This document shows positions 1-13,700 of a stretch of 64,000 bases of DNA, in pieces. How positions within the stretch are numbered: position 1 is the stretch's first letter; each line of letters begins with the position of its first letter. The stretch comes from Styela clava (Eukaryota). The notes under the pieces are model-generated. The model saw nothing but the letters and a program-made list of their open reading frames with translations. It was not told where the DNA came from and did no database searches. The stretch is from the NCBI RefSeq assembly GCF_964204865.1, contig NC_135257.1, positions 23,746,001 to 23,810,000 of the forward strand, in the 5' to 3' direction. A program made the translations under genes and the position numbers.

Positions 1-680
1 AATAGCTCAACGGCTAGGTGAGGGTTCTTGACTCAGTTATGATGGCGTCGTAGTTCAATCCCGGATTAAATCCCCATACTGATAACCTTTTTCAGAATAA
101 CTTTTATGAACTCTGAATTAGACGGGACGAGAAAAGATTACGAGGGTTACAAATATACCTCAAATATCAGATAAGCAAATCTTAACCCAGAAGATTTCAG
201 TCTTAGAAACAAGAATTGTACTTGAGCCTTGTACAGAGGTTTGTTCAGAATGAGAAATCTAAGGAATGTCATGCAAATGTATTGGCTGCTAGACAGAGTA
301 TTGTTTAAAGAAGGAGATATGAAATGCCTTCAAAGAATGTTCTCTAGATATTTATGGAACGAATGAGCACAATTACAGCATATTATTTGCCAAGTTCTAA
401 CATTTCACAGCGTAATTAAAGCAGTTTAATTGTAGATTTAAAACATTTTCAGACTAAAACAGAAGACGAATAAATTCCAATCCATAAGTATTTCGCGGGT
501 TTGATACAACTTCGTTTGTTTCTCTGAGATTATTAGAAAAAGTTTGTCCCTACAAGTCCCTAAAGTACAATAATTCGGGTTAACCTAAATAATGACATGA
601 CTTATGTGGTATCATTGGCCTCGTATCCCGACATCATATCTTTAGATTCTCTAATAGTTAAGAAGCCCAGCGCTCTAACC

Positions 681-1278
681 CATTGGTTTTCAACTTTTTT
701 GATGGTGCGTAACGCCCATAAAGCATTTCAGCCCCCCTGTCACGAGTTCGAGGACTGTCTGTGTTAGTCACGTGAACATACTCCCTGCCAATAGGTTTCA
801 GTCCCTTTGCATAACTTGATGTAAAGTGGGCGAACAAAATTAGTTACCTTCATATTGGTACGCATACATCCGGAACGCTAAATTTTGTGCCCACGATGAC
901 CCAATGTTAAATATGATGAACCTAACTACTTTGGGATGCCAGTAAAATAATTCGGGTTAAATTAAATAAAGAAAAGGCTTATGCGATACCAGTGGTATCA
1001 TCGGCCCCGTATCCCGACATCATCTCTTTAGATTCTTTCATAATTTATCAACTGAATTGTATAAACTATAAATATATATAAAAGCAAATAAATATTGACA
1101 ATAATGGTCTTTGGAGGGCGGATAATGTGATATTAACGGCAAATCTAATAGGAATATGATTATATTCAGACAATCTACAAAATAATACAAACTTTCGTAT
1201 CTGAATGGAAACTTGTGGAACCTCTGGACTATACTGACAGAACCGTAAGGTACCGCGGATCCCGGGTAAAAACCACTG
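681..1278. mobile_element. Old hAT MITE with nested repeat
   Basis: CATTGGTTTTTCAAC...AAAAACCACTG; flanks CTCTAACC/ATATAACC. Confidence 0.5.
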
Positions 1279-1599
1279 ATATAACCGCTAGTTTTTATTA
1301 GTCAACCTTATTTGGGATCTAATTACATGATGGCAAGCACCTGAACAAACTTTGATAAAATAAATTCGTTACATTTTATTCTAAAATAAATTCCCACTCA
1401 TCGTAAACACGTGCAAGGGCTTAATAACTGGTTTGAAAAATTATAGGTTTCATTTGAGATGATTTTAAATTGACTTAATTACTGTAATCAAACAAAACAA
1501 ACAGGCCATGATGTTTCGCATCGTGAATTCCGTTTCAACAGAATTATCGTAAAATTATCAAGGATTTAGAAAATTCTAGATTTAATATAAATAGGTTAA

Positions 1600-1775
1600 T
1601 TATATTGTTCGTAGTTTAGACTTATTTATAGTGATGGAGTAAAATAAGTTATTGCTCGATGTATCTTTATCGTTGTTTACTTTTGCGGGATCGGCGCAAA
1701 ATGAAGGGATTGGCCAATAATTCAGTGGGCGCGATTGCCTGATGGTTGGAACGTTGGGTCTAACTATGTCGCCAT
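1600..1775 (-). CDS. Gene A putative terminal exon
   Basis: Acceptor tatccttag; phase-1 frame is open ([31 protein letters not shown]...RTI*); AATAAA on minus at about 1375-1380; no recognisable domain. Confidence 0.5.
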
Positions 1776-4700
1776 CTAAGGATATAAAAAAACAATTTCA
1801 AATTGCATACCCACCACCTTGCCCAGGGGTATGTTATATTAGTTAGGAAATACAGAATCATGATATTCCGGTCCATACACGAATATCGGTACTCCCGTAG
1901 TATGTGTACCAGGGAGGGTTAGGCCATAACTTTATTCCGATTTTCTTTATTTTAGTTCTGTTACGAGTTTGGGACTGTCTGTGTTAGCCAAGTGAATATA
2001 CCCCCTGCCCATCACCTCACCCAGGGTATGTTATATTAGATGGGATGTCGAATTGGAGAGATTCCGATCCATACATGAATATCATCTCATTACCTGTCAG
2101 GGGGTTTGTGAGGTAGACTTGCTGGAAGGTTACCGATCGAAATATACAAATCCTACAATTGATGATACCCTTTCGTCGAAGCCGTACAAATTAGTCAAAC
2201 CCAGCGCGTCAAGGATGGATAAAATGAAAGTATGTACCATGCAATGTAGGAATGCAGATATTGCACGATTCAGATCTTTCCGAAAGATTATCAACTTACT
2301 TACACATGAGTGGGGATGAGGTAGCGGCAGTTTGAGTTGGTTTCACAGTGTCATACTGATATCAAGTGCACCACCCCTTTTTATAAGGGAAACACTCAAG
2401 TGAATTGGGTAAGCGATGTCGAACCAAAACTATTTCGGTCTTGTTAAAAATATGGAATTCTTGCATATCATTTGTTTATGCCTTGTTGGAGTGATCACTC
2501 GAAATACACCCGTCAGACACATTCTCTCTGTACTTACTTCTGCAAGTCTTTCCATCTGAGTTCAGTTGGTAATTCTCGTCGCATTGACATTCGTACGAAC
2601 CGACCGTGTTCACGCAGTAATGCTCGCATCCTCCGTTGGTTGGATTGCCTTCCTTGTCTAATTCAATGCACTCGTTCTTATCTGTTGGAAATAAGTAATT
2701 GGTGCAAGTAAAGAAAGTGGTACAAGTGGGATATATTCATTACTATGGTGTAAGTAGTGATGGAATTCCTTTTTAGGAACGAGTTTTGTTTTGTATTAAA
2801 ACAACGGGATCCCTCACTTACGTATGTCAAAATGTAAGCTACATTAACACGCTTTACATAAATCTAATACATAACTTTCGTAATGCCAAATATAACGATT
2901 TCCAAACTTTGATCGTTAAACCTAGTACCTACCTGTGCATTTCAGTTCATTCGATGTCAACCAATTGCCTGCGATTCCGCAAACCGCTGCTCCAGGTCCA
3001 GATAATTCGAATCCAGTGCTAAAACAAATCAATCAGTAATTATGTATTCAGGTATGTAATGGTTCAACTCAGGGGTGACAGCGTGAGGTCACTCAAACAT
3101 CTAAAGCGGAGTAATTTATATATTATGCTCGACTATATTCTGTGATTACTGATCAGGCAATTTATTAAACAACCAATCCAATCAACTAACTCCGTTTGAT
3201 TGCCCAATTGCGCTGTCACGTAGGCGCTACAATTGCTCATCCACCATCGACATTTTGAACACCAAAATGACGGTCAGACGTTGCCCAAACTTCTATTCCT
3301 GACTCTATATATAGACCCTAGGTTATCATAAGAAGCTTGTCGGTTATCGCATTTGGGCCTCTAGATCAGTTCTGATAATTTTACTTGGATGAGGCAGAGT
3401 TGTAGAATCGTCAATGCAAATAATGTGCGCTAGATAAGCTATTTCAGGCTCTGGTCGATGATCGCAAAGCATGCCTTAACCTGGATGTAGAGTGATTTCA
3501 ACTTATCCCGCTTATTGTTCCTCAGAGCTCACATCAATGATAGAGTAGAAAACGAACTTACTTGCATTTAGCCTCGCACTCATGGTTGAAGGTATATCTC
3601 TTGAATTTACCGCAGTTGTAGAGACCGTTCTTCAGCGTCGGCAGAGACTCGCAGGTTATCTCTGAAAATATTGTTGTTGTTAGCAAAATTAAAATTTGTC
3701 TGAGTTGATCTTAAGATTTACGGTTATATGAGCACATCTTACTTGTTGATATTGAGCACTCACACAGCTAATTAAAATTGTACGAAAAAATGATTTAAAT
3801 TTTGCCAGCGCCTACATCGATATAATTTAACAAGGTAATGAAAATAAATGAAAAGCGAATGCCGTTTAATTACTTTTACAAATATGAATATATGGGTTAT
3901 AAGTAGGCGTGAAATCATATCGTTCGAAAATATGACGTAATCTGACAAATGACGTAAGCAGACTCATGGCGTAATCAGTTAGGATCTTACGTTTACAGAA
4001 CGGCAATTTGCTGGACCATGTTCCATCTACACGACACGACACTGTCTTCTTTCCCGAGACGACTCGTCCGTAGTCGCAATCTGCAGTGCATTTGGATCCT
4101 GCGTAGAAATCTTCTGTGCATCCCACTGTTCCGAATTTGAGTTCTGGCAATATCTCACATGTTACACCTGTGAAAGAATAGTGTTTTTAGTTGCAAAAGT
4201 GAGGATGGTTGAATAGCCAAGAAAACTGCGCATAAATAGGGACAATAGTCGTTAAATGAGCACTTCGCAGTCAAAATAGGTCGATAAAAACCCTTTCAGC
4301 GCAGGTTTATAAACCTGACAAAATTTGGGGCTTGGGGCTCAAAATTGACAAAATAAACGTATATAAATGTAAAAGTTAGGAACGGTTACTTTTATTGAAA
4401 CGATTCTTTGCTTTACATCACGCTCGAAACGACAAAAACAAAAAGTGAGAACTTGAAATCATAAAACATTAAGTAGAATAGCATAGCAGTAGAAAAACTT
4501 TCGTTATGTTAGTCTTACGAATCATTCAATTTAACTCTTACAATAGCACGAGTATAAACATTGATTATTGAATATGTAGATTTACATATTTGGGTGTTAT
4601 CCCCTTGTGAATGAGATTGCCGATTTTGTTATATACTGAGTGAGTTGTGGGAAGAGGGATTGAACTTTATATCCAGGAATGGGATTCAAAATTTTAAGAA

Positions 4701-7700
4701 CTAGATCTGTTTTGTATCAAGCTCACTAACAACAGGTTCTCTCATTTTAGAAAACCATGCCAAACTTATAGCTCTAAAAACAAGATCAAATTCTTTGATT
4801 ATCACAAACCACCATTGCCCTTCAGGTCAGCCATTCATTCAAACTACTTACGTTGACAAAAAGGGGGAGGCGAACTCCAATCACCCAACCAAGTTCCGTC
4901 TGATCTTCCAACACAGGTTGTTCGAGCCGAACCCACAATGTTGTACCCAGCTTTGCATCTGTAGGTACAACTAGTTCCAACTGCTCTGTAAGGTGGTTTC
5001 CCAAGACATTGCACAGATGAGAATTCCGGTGCTGTGCCCAGTGGTAGGCATTTGATAGCTATAATACATAAGGAATTGATATTAAACAAGAAAGGTAAGT
5101 TTAAATATATTGGCCCAAACATTGAATGACAGATATGGTCTTTGAAAGGCAACAGAATTTCAGCATTGCATCGAATTCCACATAAACATGTGTCCACGCA
5201 TTACAATGACTAGTAGTAAAATCGGGACCTATTGGACATAGAAAAATAAAAAATAAATGATATCGATTTCTCAAATTTATACCATTTTTCTTGGTTTGTC
5301 TTTCCCTGTCATGATGAGAACAAGCAATCAGAAATTGATAAGGATTTGATAGTTTGTTTGAGTCTATGAAATACCGAGCCTAGTTTTGCGCGTAACAACT
5401 GGACTTTGATCGCAATGATTAATGTTTAGGTAATTTATAACTTTTCGATCGTGCCCTTCAACAAAAGTCAAACAAAACCGCTGAACGACCAATTAATAAA
5501 TATCAGATTGTTAAGGATTGCCAGTTACAGACTTGTACTAATCCATTCGCCTGCAGCGTAGGTTGGATGAGTCATTGTGGTCGGAATTGAACGTCATCTC
5601 ACACGCCTAAAATCCGTTTTATATGGCTTTTGCCATTGAATGTAAATATAAATAGCAACAGATTTTTCTTGTTAGCAAATACGGAGCCAACGTAATTGTA
5701 CCACCGGTAATATTAAGAAAGTTCTAAATTTAGCTCCAATATAAGCCGTAAGCAATGAATTCTGAATAATGTTACTCGAAGTTGAGTTATTTTGTGGATT
5801 GCCTAATTTCCAAATGTGCGCCTTAAGCGATTTTAATTCTCAAGTTTTGCTTAGTTTTAATTGAAAATTATGCTCTTATATTTAAAAATCTGAAATGACG
5901 TTCGACTACCAATTGCGACGAATGATGGCACTTCATGATGTAATTAAAAAAAAGGTTCCGGATTTATCTCAAAACTAAGTCGTAAACACTTGATTGTAAT
6001 GTTACTTAAAATCAAATCAAAGTTGTGAATCATATAACATGGCGTCATGCGCCATGCTCTGACAATTTTGATGAAAATATTAGACCTTATTTCCAAATTT
6101 TAAAAATCTGAATGAACACTTTGAGGAATTGAAAAGGTGGTGCTCACGAATTCTAATCACAAAATCATTAACCATAGAAAAGGTCTCTAATTTAGCTTTG
6201 AACTTTTATTACTTTTACGAAAAGTTTCCGATTATTTTAATACTGGATAAGTAAAAAAATGTTTCTAAACCCTATTATTGTCAAGTTAAACCACGTTCAT
6301 GATACTAAATAACACAGAAGCTATTTATGCGAATGACTCATGGTGCATAATACAACGAATACTCTGGCTTCGTGGGAATGAAGTATTGTTCAAAGTGTGT
6401 TTTACTTCCTAACGATGTTTCGTTTAGTTTCACTTTCATTTGCATGCATAAAATAAAATTTAAAGTAGGATTGTAAACGTTGTCTTTGATGCCAAGTTTT
6501 GCAAAGGAATATCTTGCCGGTATCTTACGACATTTTGAGAAAACATAAGCATTTATTCAGAAGTGAAAGACATGTTTATGTTCTTTAAACTACCTCAACA
6601 CTCAAAGCAGCTGCGTTGTGAGGGATGGAAAAAGATTTTCAAACAAAATGTGTGGATTTCACCACCCCATAGTTATTTCCTGATTATGTCAACGTTAACT
6701 ATAGCGTCAATCTGTATTATTTAACGCGCAATTCCACGCTATCATTTATCTTTTATCTATCACGCTATCTTTATAGTGTAAGTTGCTCTCGACATTTAAG
6801 TGGTCGCCGGTAAAATCAGTCCCTTAACTTCTGAGTGAGTGTACGAGACTTCGCTTTGTACAAATTTCTTTAAGAAAACATGCAGACAGGATTGATAAAT
6901 CATCTCACAATATATAAATATATTAGCAGAAGAAACTCACCAAAGCACTCGGGTATCGGCGCATCCCATTTGCCCGTGTAATCAGATTTCGATGTCTCAA
7001 TTTCTTCCAAATTTTTCGAGACACATTTCAGTTTTGTCACCGTTTCTTGCCTGAAGCCGAACCCTCTCTTGCACGAAAACCTGCAAACGCTACCAAGGTT
7101 CTGGCCGTTGTTGCAGGAGTAGAGCCCGTTGAAACGTTGGATCTTCGGACACTGGATTTCTAAAAATGAGAAGGATTTTTATGCGAGTCTTTTCACGCAT
7201 TTCATTTGAAGAATGGGCCTGTGGAAGCGGCCACAGATATGTGATGAGCGACTATTTGTGGGAAAATGAAATCCAATTTTATTGCTTACAAGCATATTGA
7301 TGGTGTTAATAGCTTATTCCCGTGTGGGTATTTATCAATGTTGTTGTGCATTTAGTCAATTGAGCTGGAACACACTTGTCTACTACTTTGCGAAAAGTAT
7401 AATATTTCAACTGGGAACTTTTCTGTCTTCTTGAGGTACCCCACCCTCCTGCATACGAAAAAATTGATTGTATTCTACGACCAAGCATATGAATTCACAT
7501 ATGACGGGCTTGGTATTATACACCACCCGGCGCTATCGACAGTGGGGCATATGAGGAAACTGGAGATTCATAGAGCACCATCCTATTATTTCGGTTAAAA
7601 TGGCGTGTATGGCTTAATCGAGCCTATTTCTTTATCTACGTCTAGGAAACACATAGCCAACACACGAGTTTATTAGTCTAAAGCAGTCTTTTACATAGTG

Positions 7701-10700
7701 GAGCTTAGACTGTCCATAGCCAATAAACTAAATGAATATAGTACTACCATCTTTATCCACACTCAGGACAGATAAGGTCGGAACCCTTTCTGATATTTGT
7801 CCACAAATTCCTGGATGTTAGTCTAGCTAGAGCCCTGTTCAGAACGAAGTTGTGCCACTTTCTTTGAATAACTAATAAATTAAATATTTAAACTTACTTT
7901 TGCACACTGGAAGGTCCATGCTTGACCATTTCCCTCTATTTCCGCAGACGACAGATTCCCTGCCATGTCGCATATACCCATCAGCGCAGGAGAACACACA
8001 TTCTGAACCGTAGAAACTACGATCACTGCATCGCACGAATCCATTCGGGGGAGCGTACATAGTGGGTCGACATGTGATTCCTGAAATTGTTTAATGACTA
8101 TTTGTTTGATATGATGTTTCCACGTATTTTTCTGCTCCGTACAAGCAGCCAATGATACTTAAAAAACTACCATTTTTGAGAAAAAAATAATTTTTTTTGC
8201 GTTTGGCATTTCCAACCTAAATTTGCGCCAACTAATATAAAACAAAACCTCGGCCACTGGCGCATTATACGGGGCTGTTGGGCGCATCTGTTTTGGCACA
8301 GCCTTTTCCTACACGACTGTTCGTGTTTTTACTTTCTCCATTACTAGTTAAAGACTTTTTAAAGGCTTTTTTGCGCAAATTAGAGATGTACCGATTTATT
8401 GTTATCGGCAATATAGGCCAATTTTTGGTATCGAAGTTTGTACTGGTATCAGCTTAAATTGTAATGATATTTTTGATATGTTCAGCTCTTTAAACGGATC
8501 TGATCGGTATCAGTGAATAGAGTTATATCGGTACATCTCTAGGGCAAAAGTGTGATTGCCCTAAAACCCTATGTAAGAAACCCGTGTCATTTGACTTACT
8601 TTTACAAGTCGGCGAGTTGTTTGTCCAACTATTGCCGGAGTAGCAGTAACTGTTCTGTGCGCCACTTCTTGTGTATCCTTCCTCGCATGAAAATTGACAA
8701 ACCTTCCCTTTTTTCTGCGAAGGTATTGGCCCGCATTCCATCAGGACATTTGGGAAAGGTTTTGGCTCAACGGAGCAGTCGGGAGCTGTAATATAAATTC
8801 AAATATTGGTTTGAGAGTTGTTGAGAAAATCACATCTGGGAATAAGTATCTCGAGCTCTATGCCTATCACCTCAAATAGGGGGAAATAGATTGAGTTGGC
8901 AATGCTGAATCAAAAAGCTTTATTTAGTGCCAGGGGATAAATGCCTGATAAAAATTATGAGTTTACTAATTAACGAATCCGTTTGGGCCCAATGGCCCGG
9001 TAGTTAAATATTTTGTGTTAACCATGTTGGTAGCCATTAAAGATCTAAAATCTTCTATTCACCAAGCATTAGCCGTGACGTAATAAATTTGACAGACAAT
9101 GTTGGATCGGGAAGCTATAGGATAAGACATCAACCTACCTGTACATCTCAGAATAGCAGCCTCGTGGCATGCTGGTTGAAGCGTTAGTACAACAATGCTG
9201 GTGTAGTGTCGCAGATTAAGGATTTCAAATACCCTACCCAACGACCTCATTTACCCCACATCAGGGTGTAATAAATTCTGTAGGCAATGCCCATGTTAAC
9301 CCTAATACACCAACAAGACTCACTTGTACATCGTGGAATAGCAGCCGACCATCTCCCCCCAGACAGGCAGGTGAGACGACTCTTCCCAACAAACTTTCTT
9401 CCTATTGGACAGGATAAATCACAGATGGAACCAATCGTCTCATTGGCTGTGCATTCCTTCATCAGTCCACCCGTATCCGGTATCTTTGCGCAACGAATCT
9501 CTGAGAATAGAAATAAGGTCAGATTGGAACATGGGCGAACAGTATTTTCATATTTTCTTGACTCGGGGAAAATAGTTTTTCTAAATCCCAAAAATTACTT
9601 TAGAAAATCTTGACAAAAACGACTTCTTTTTAGAAACAATTTCCACTTCTGGGATTTCGAAAACGATTAGTTTTCCGAGCGTAACTATATTTTAGTAAAA
9701 AAAGATTCCGCATACCCGAGAATCGAAACAGAATGGGGTTGTCGCATGGTGGCGCGGTTTGCAAAATTTGAATCTTTTCGAGAGGAGTTGAAAAGGAAAT
9801 TGAAAAAAAGTTTTTCAAAAACGCCTTCAAATTTAATTTCTGAATATTTGAAAAAGAAAAAAGGGCAATCCAATATTACAATAATTACTACTAACATTTA
9901 GCAAAACAAGCGACAAAATCACTCAGTGCCCAATATGAATCTCAAGGAAATAAAAACTTCTAGAGCAGCGGATTTTTTCGGGGGATTTCATGAGCAGTCG
10001 TAAAAAAGGGTCCATTTCACTGGAAGAGTTAGAAACCACAGATTTAGAGAGAGGAAAAGGAAAAAAAGCAGGAAACTAACCCTCGCACATCGGCTTCTCT
10101 CCTGTCCATTTGCTGGTTGCTCCGTCGCAAGTCCTGGTGACGCTGCCTTGCACAAAGTAATTTCTGAACGAAAAGGTATAAGGATGAGTGCTTAGTTGCA
10201 GTTCACGTCAAATTATGCACAAGAGTCTACTGAGTCGCGTTCACATGGCCTCAATGAGAGGGAAATGAAATGTACAAGAGACGTTATGTGATGTGGTTGT
10301 CACTGCACGTTTTGTTAAACGCCCTAAGAAATAAAACCTGATGTCTAGACCGCGACCAACGCAACCTCTACAGAAGATAAAAAAATAATTTAATAAATTA
10401 TTATACACATCACTAATTCAAACTGTTATGTGCAGGGAAAAAAAGAAAAAAAATATTATACTAACACTGGAATTAAACTTCATTATACTTTTGGGAATTG
10501 TGGAAGAAAAATTGAAGCGCTATTTTAGGGAATCGTGCACGACCACCTTTTTTATGATTTTATTATTTGTAAATTGACCCACTAATGTTAAGCAAGGGAT
10601 GTGCACGGGGCTACTGTCCCCGTGGAAGCCCAATATTTCTATTGGGAGCATATAGCCATCTCTATTCCCAATAAGTGTTGCAAGTTTTACAACGTCTTAT

Positions 10701-13700
10701 TTTAGGCAACATCGCGGAACCCTTAACTTTGCAATGTCTGGCAAGAGATGTTTGCTATCTCAAATTTGCATGAGCATATAGTAAGGGCGACAGAGAGCGA
10801 GATCACTAAAGCCTGAAATATAGCAACGATAAATCACAATTGCGTCACAGTGGCGCGCAAACAAAACCTTGACATTTTACTTTAGCGACAAAATTTGTTC
10901 TGCAACCGCAACATGGCGTGCGTTCCACGATAATTAAGCGTTACTCACGGACTCGAAACTTATTAATGCGATGACTTTGCTGATCTCACATCTGATAAGC
11001 GAAATTGGAAGACAAAAGCGTGAAGTTGACACTAAACATCGAATGTCGTTCGGACGAAAATAACCTATGAAAAACTTACGATATTTCGGATCGATTTGGA
11101 ACGGTTAATTGACAGAAATGCGTAATGTTTCCTCGGGATTAACGAGATTTTGCGTAAATGAGAATTATTTTTGAATTATCATTATATTTGAGCGAATATA
11201 TTATAATTTATCTATATGAAAGCAAAACAAGTGGTTGAAAGTATCGATCAAAAATACGAAAAGTAGAAAAATTATATTTATTCGAGTCGCTATCCGGATG
11301 CATTTTTAGGGCACGTAGTAGAAAACTATACATTCATACTACGTAGAAGTTCCTCAACCCGAATTCACTAGTCCAGTGATTTTCAACCTTTTTTGTACCG
11401 CGGAACACTTTTTTTAATCTAAAATTGTGGCGGAACACCAAACAAGATTTTTGGAAATAAACTACATTATACAATTAACTGACATCGATCATTCCGGCAT
11501 GAAAATAAACTAACGAAATTAATAATATAGCTCATCAACTTTAGCTGGAAAAGACGTGACACATTCCGATTTAAAGCTACAAGAGCTAAAGTACGGTACA
11601 AATAAAAGTTTTTGCGAGTTTGCTTATGAATACTATGATTAGTTAGAAACAGAAATGGTATTTTAATGTGATATTTCTCAACGGCTATCAGTTTCTCGCG
11701 TTTTTTTTTTATATACGCAACAGGAGTCCAAAAGGTAGGAGGTCGATTTGGAAATTAATAGAAACATTGAAAATTGGCAGCAAAGCGATTTTTACTGTTT
11801 AATTTTGTCATAATCGCTACTTTTTTGCCCCTCGAACGTTTTCCTATTACCGCCTTTGTTTTTGTGCGCAAGTATTAATTCTTGCCGATCGGCGAGATCG
11901 AAGTTTCATATTTAGGTAAAACTATATGCGTTCACATCGTCAACAGATGTTAATGACATGAGGGAGCGATTTTAAATCCCAACTTAACTTTATTCTGATA
12001 TTTATCTTTTGCGCCGGCTTTGAGCTAACTTATCGCCGTTTGCAAATTAAACGTCCCAGTTTTAAGCGAATAATATTATCATTATCGACAACGGGATGCA
12101 CACATTTATTAGGACGATAATTGAGTTTCTTATGCTCCACTCCGGAGTCAGTGTTATTTCCGAAATAAATCAATTAGATACTGTGATTAGATAAATCTGT
12201 AATTGCGTGAATCCTGAATGTTGATTTAAAAGCTGAAAGAAAAGCATTTCTACGTGGTCATTAGGCGAGATGAAAAGCACTTCTTTAACGAAATCTTACA
12301 TGCGCGACCTGATGCCATAAAAATTGTAAACAATTTTGTGCCAAATTGCTTTTGTGCTGATTAGACGCTGATTAGAATTAATCACGTCAAGTTTAAACGT
12401 TTTATTTTTCAACAAAACAATACCGCGACCATTATCATAGCTAAAATCGTTACCTACAAATTCACAATTTTATTTACGGAATTTGCAGTTCAACACTTCA
12501 CATGACGATTTTAGGATGATGCCACGCCCTAATTAATACTACAAGAAAAGCTTCAAAATGCAACGAATGTAATCAAATCCGATGATGATATTTTTGAAAC
12601 ATTATTTGGTCAAGAGTGGAATTGATCACTAAAAATACACGCCGAGATATTGGAAAGTCCATTGAAAGGGAATATGGCCTGTCATTTCTTCTCTGGTTAC
12701 AAGTTTTTTATACCGACTTTCCAAAACTCTGACTCGCCATTTTAAAATCGACGCTATTTATATTACTCGAAAGACGTCATAATACTTCAAAAAAGCAATT
12801 TTTCGCGGAACACCTGGAGGTTTCTCGCGGAACACCAGTGTTCCGCGGAACACCGGTTGAAAATTACTGCACTATTCATAAGCCATCCGAGTCTCAATTA
12901 GAGTGAGAGTACGAAGCCAAATCAATTACTGACTTATGTCTCACTACTGGTACTATTTCGTGTTATTTTATTTAGATCAGTGGCTTTTAACCGCGGGTAC
13001 GCGTCATCTATTCTAGTGGTCTGCCGAATATATTCCAATATTATGTCTCAAATGCAGACACTTCGAGTTTTTGATGAATGTTGACTTGATTCTAGCACGA
13101 GTTAATGAATTGAGCCGCCCTCTCCTCAACGCCGGTAAAACTATATATGATTGCGGTAGCGCAAATTACTTTCCTACGCCGTTCTTTAGTTGATCGCCAC
13201 TTAATTAAGTGTCAGATAATCTTCCATATTTGACTGAATGTAGCCGTAATTGCCCGGACAACACAAATATTTCTGAGTCATCAAATCACTGCTTTGTTGC
13301 TTTAATTGTCAGTTTCCAAAATAACAAAGCGAAACCCACAAATTACTATGATGAGAGCAACGGTTGCCAAAACAAATGATTGCGGGGGGAATTGGGCGCA
13401 AAATTAAGTTACAATTAACTAAAAATGGCAAAACATATTTTCAAAACATTACTTTGTTTCTGATTTTTAATAGACGCTTAAAAATTGTTTGGCAAAGTTT
13501 GCTTATAAGTAAAGAGCTCTATTTTTGAAGCGCTCGAATGTGATTGGTATTGCGAACCCGATCTATCACACACTAGGTTCAGACCACCTAGTAACGCTGC
13601 CGACAGGGTTAAAGGTCAATGCTGTAAGTCACTGGGCCATCGCGAACAAATTCGAACACAGTTGATCAGTCTAACACAGACACCTGCTATGGTAGAAAGT

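Noticed and set aside
1-75. tRNA-like boxes (TAGCTCAACGG...GTTCAATCCC)
   Set aside because: Truncated by the window edge and degenerate; probably a SINE relic and cannot be supported as a tRNA.
2090-2360. Additional small exons between the EGF exon and the terminal exon
   Set aside because: Donor-like sites exist, but no acceptor gives an open phase-1 frame; left unresolved.
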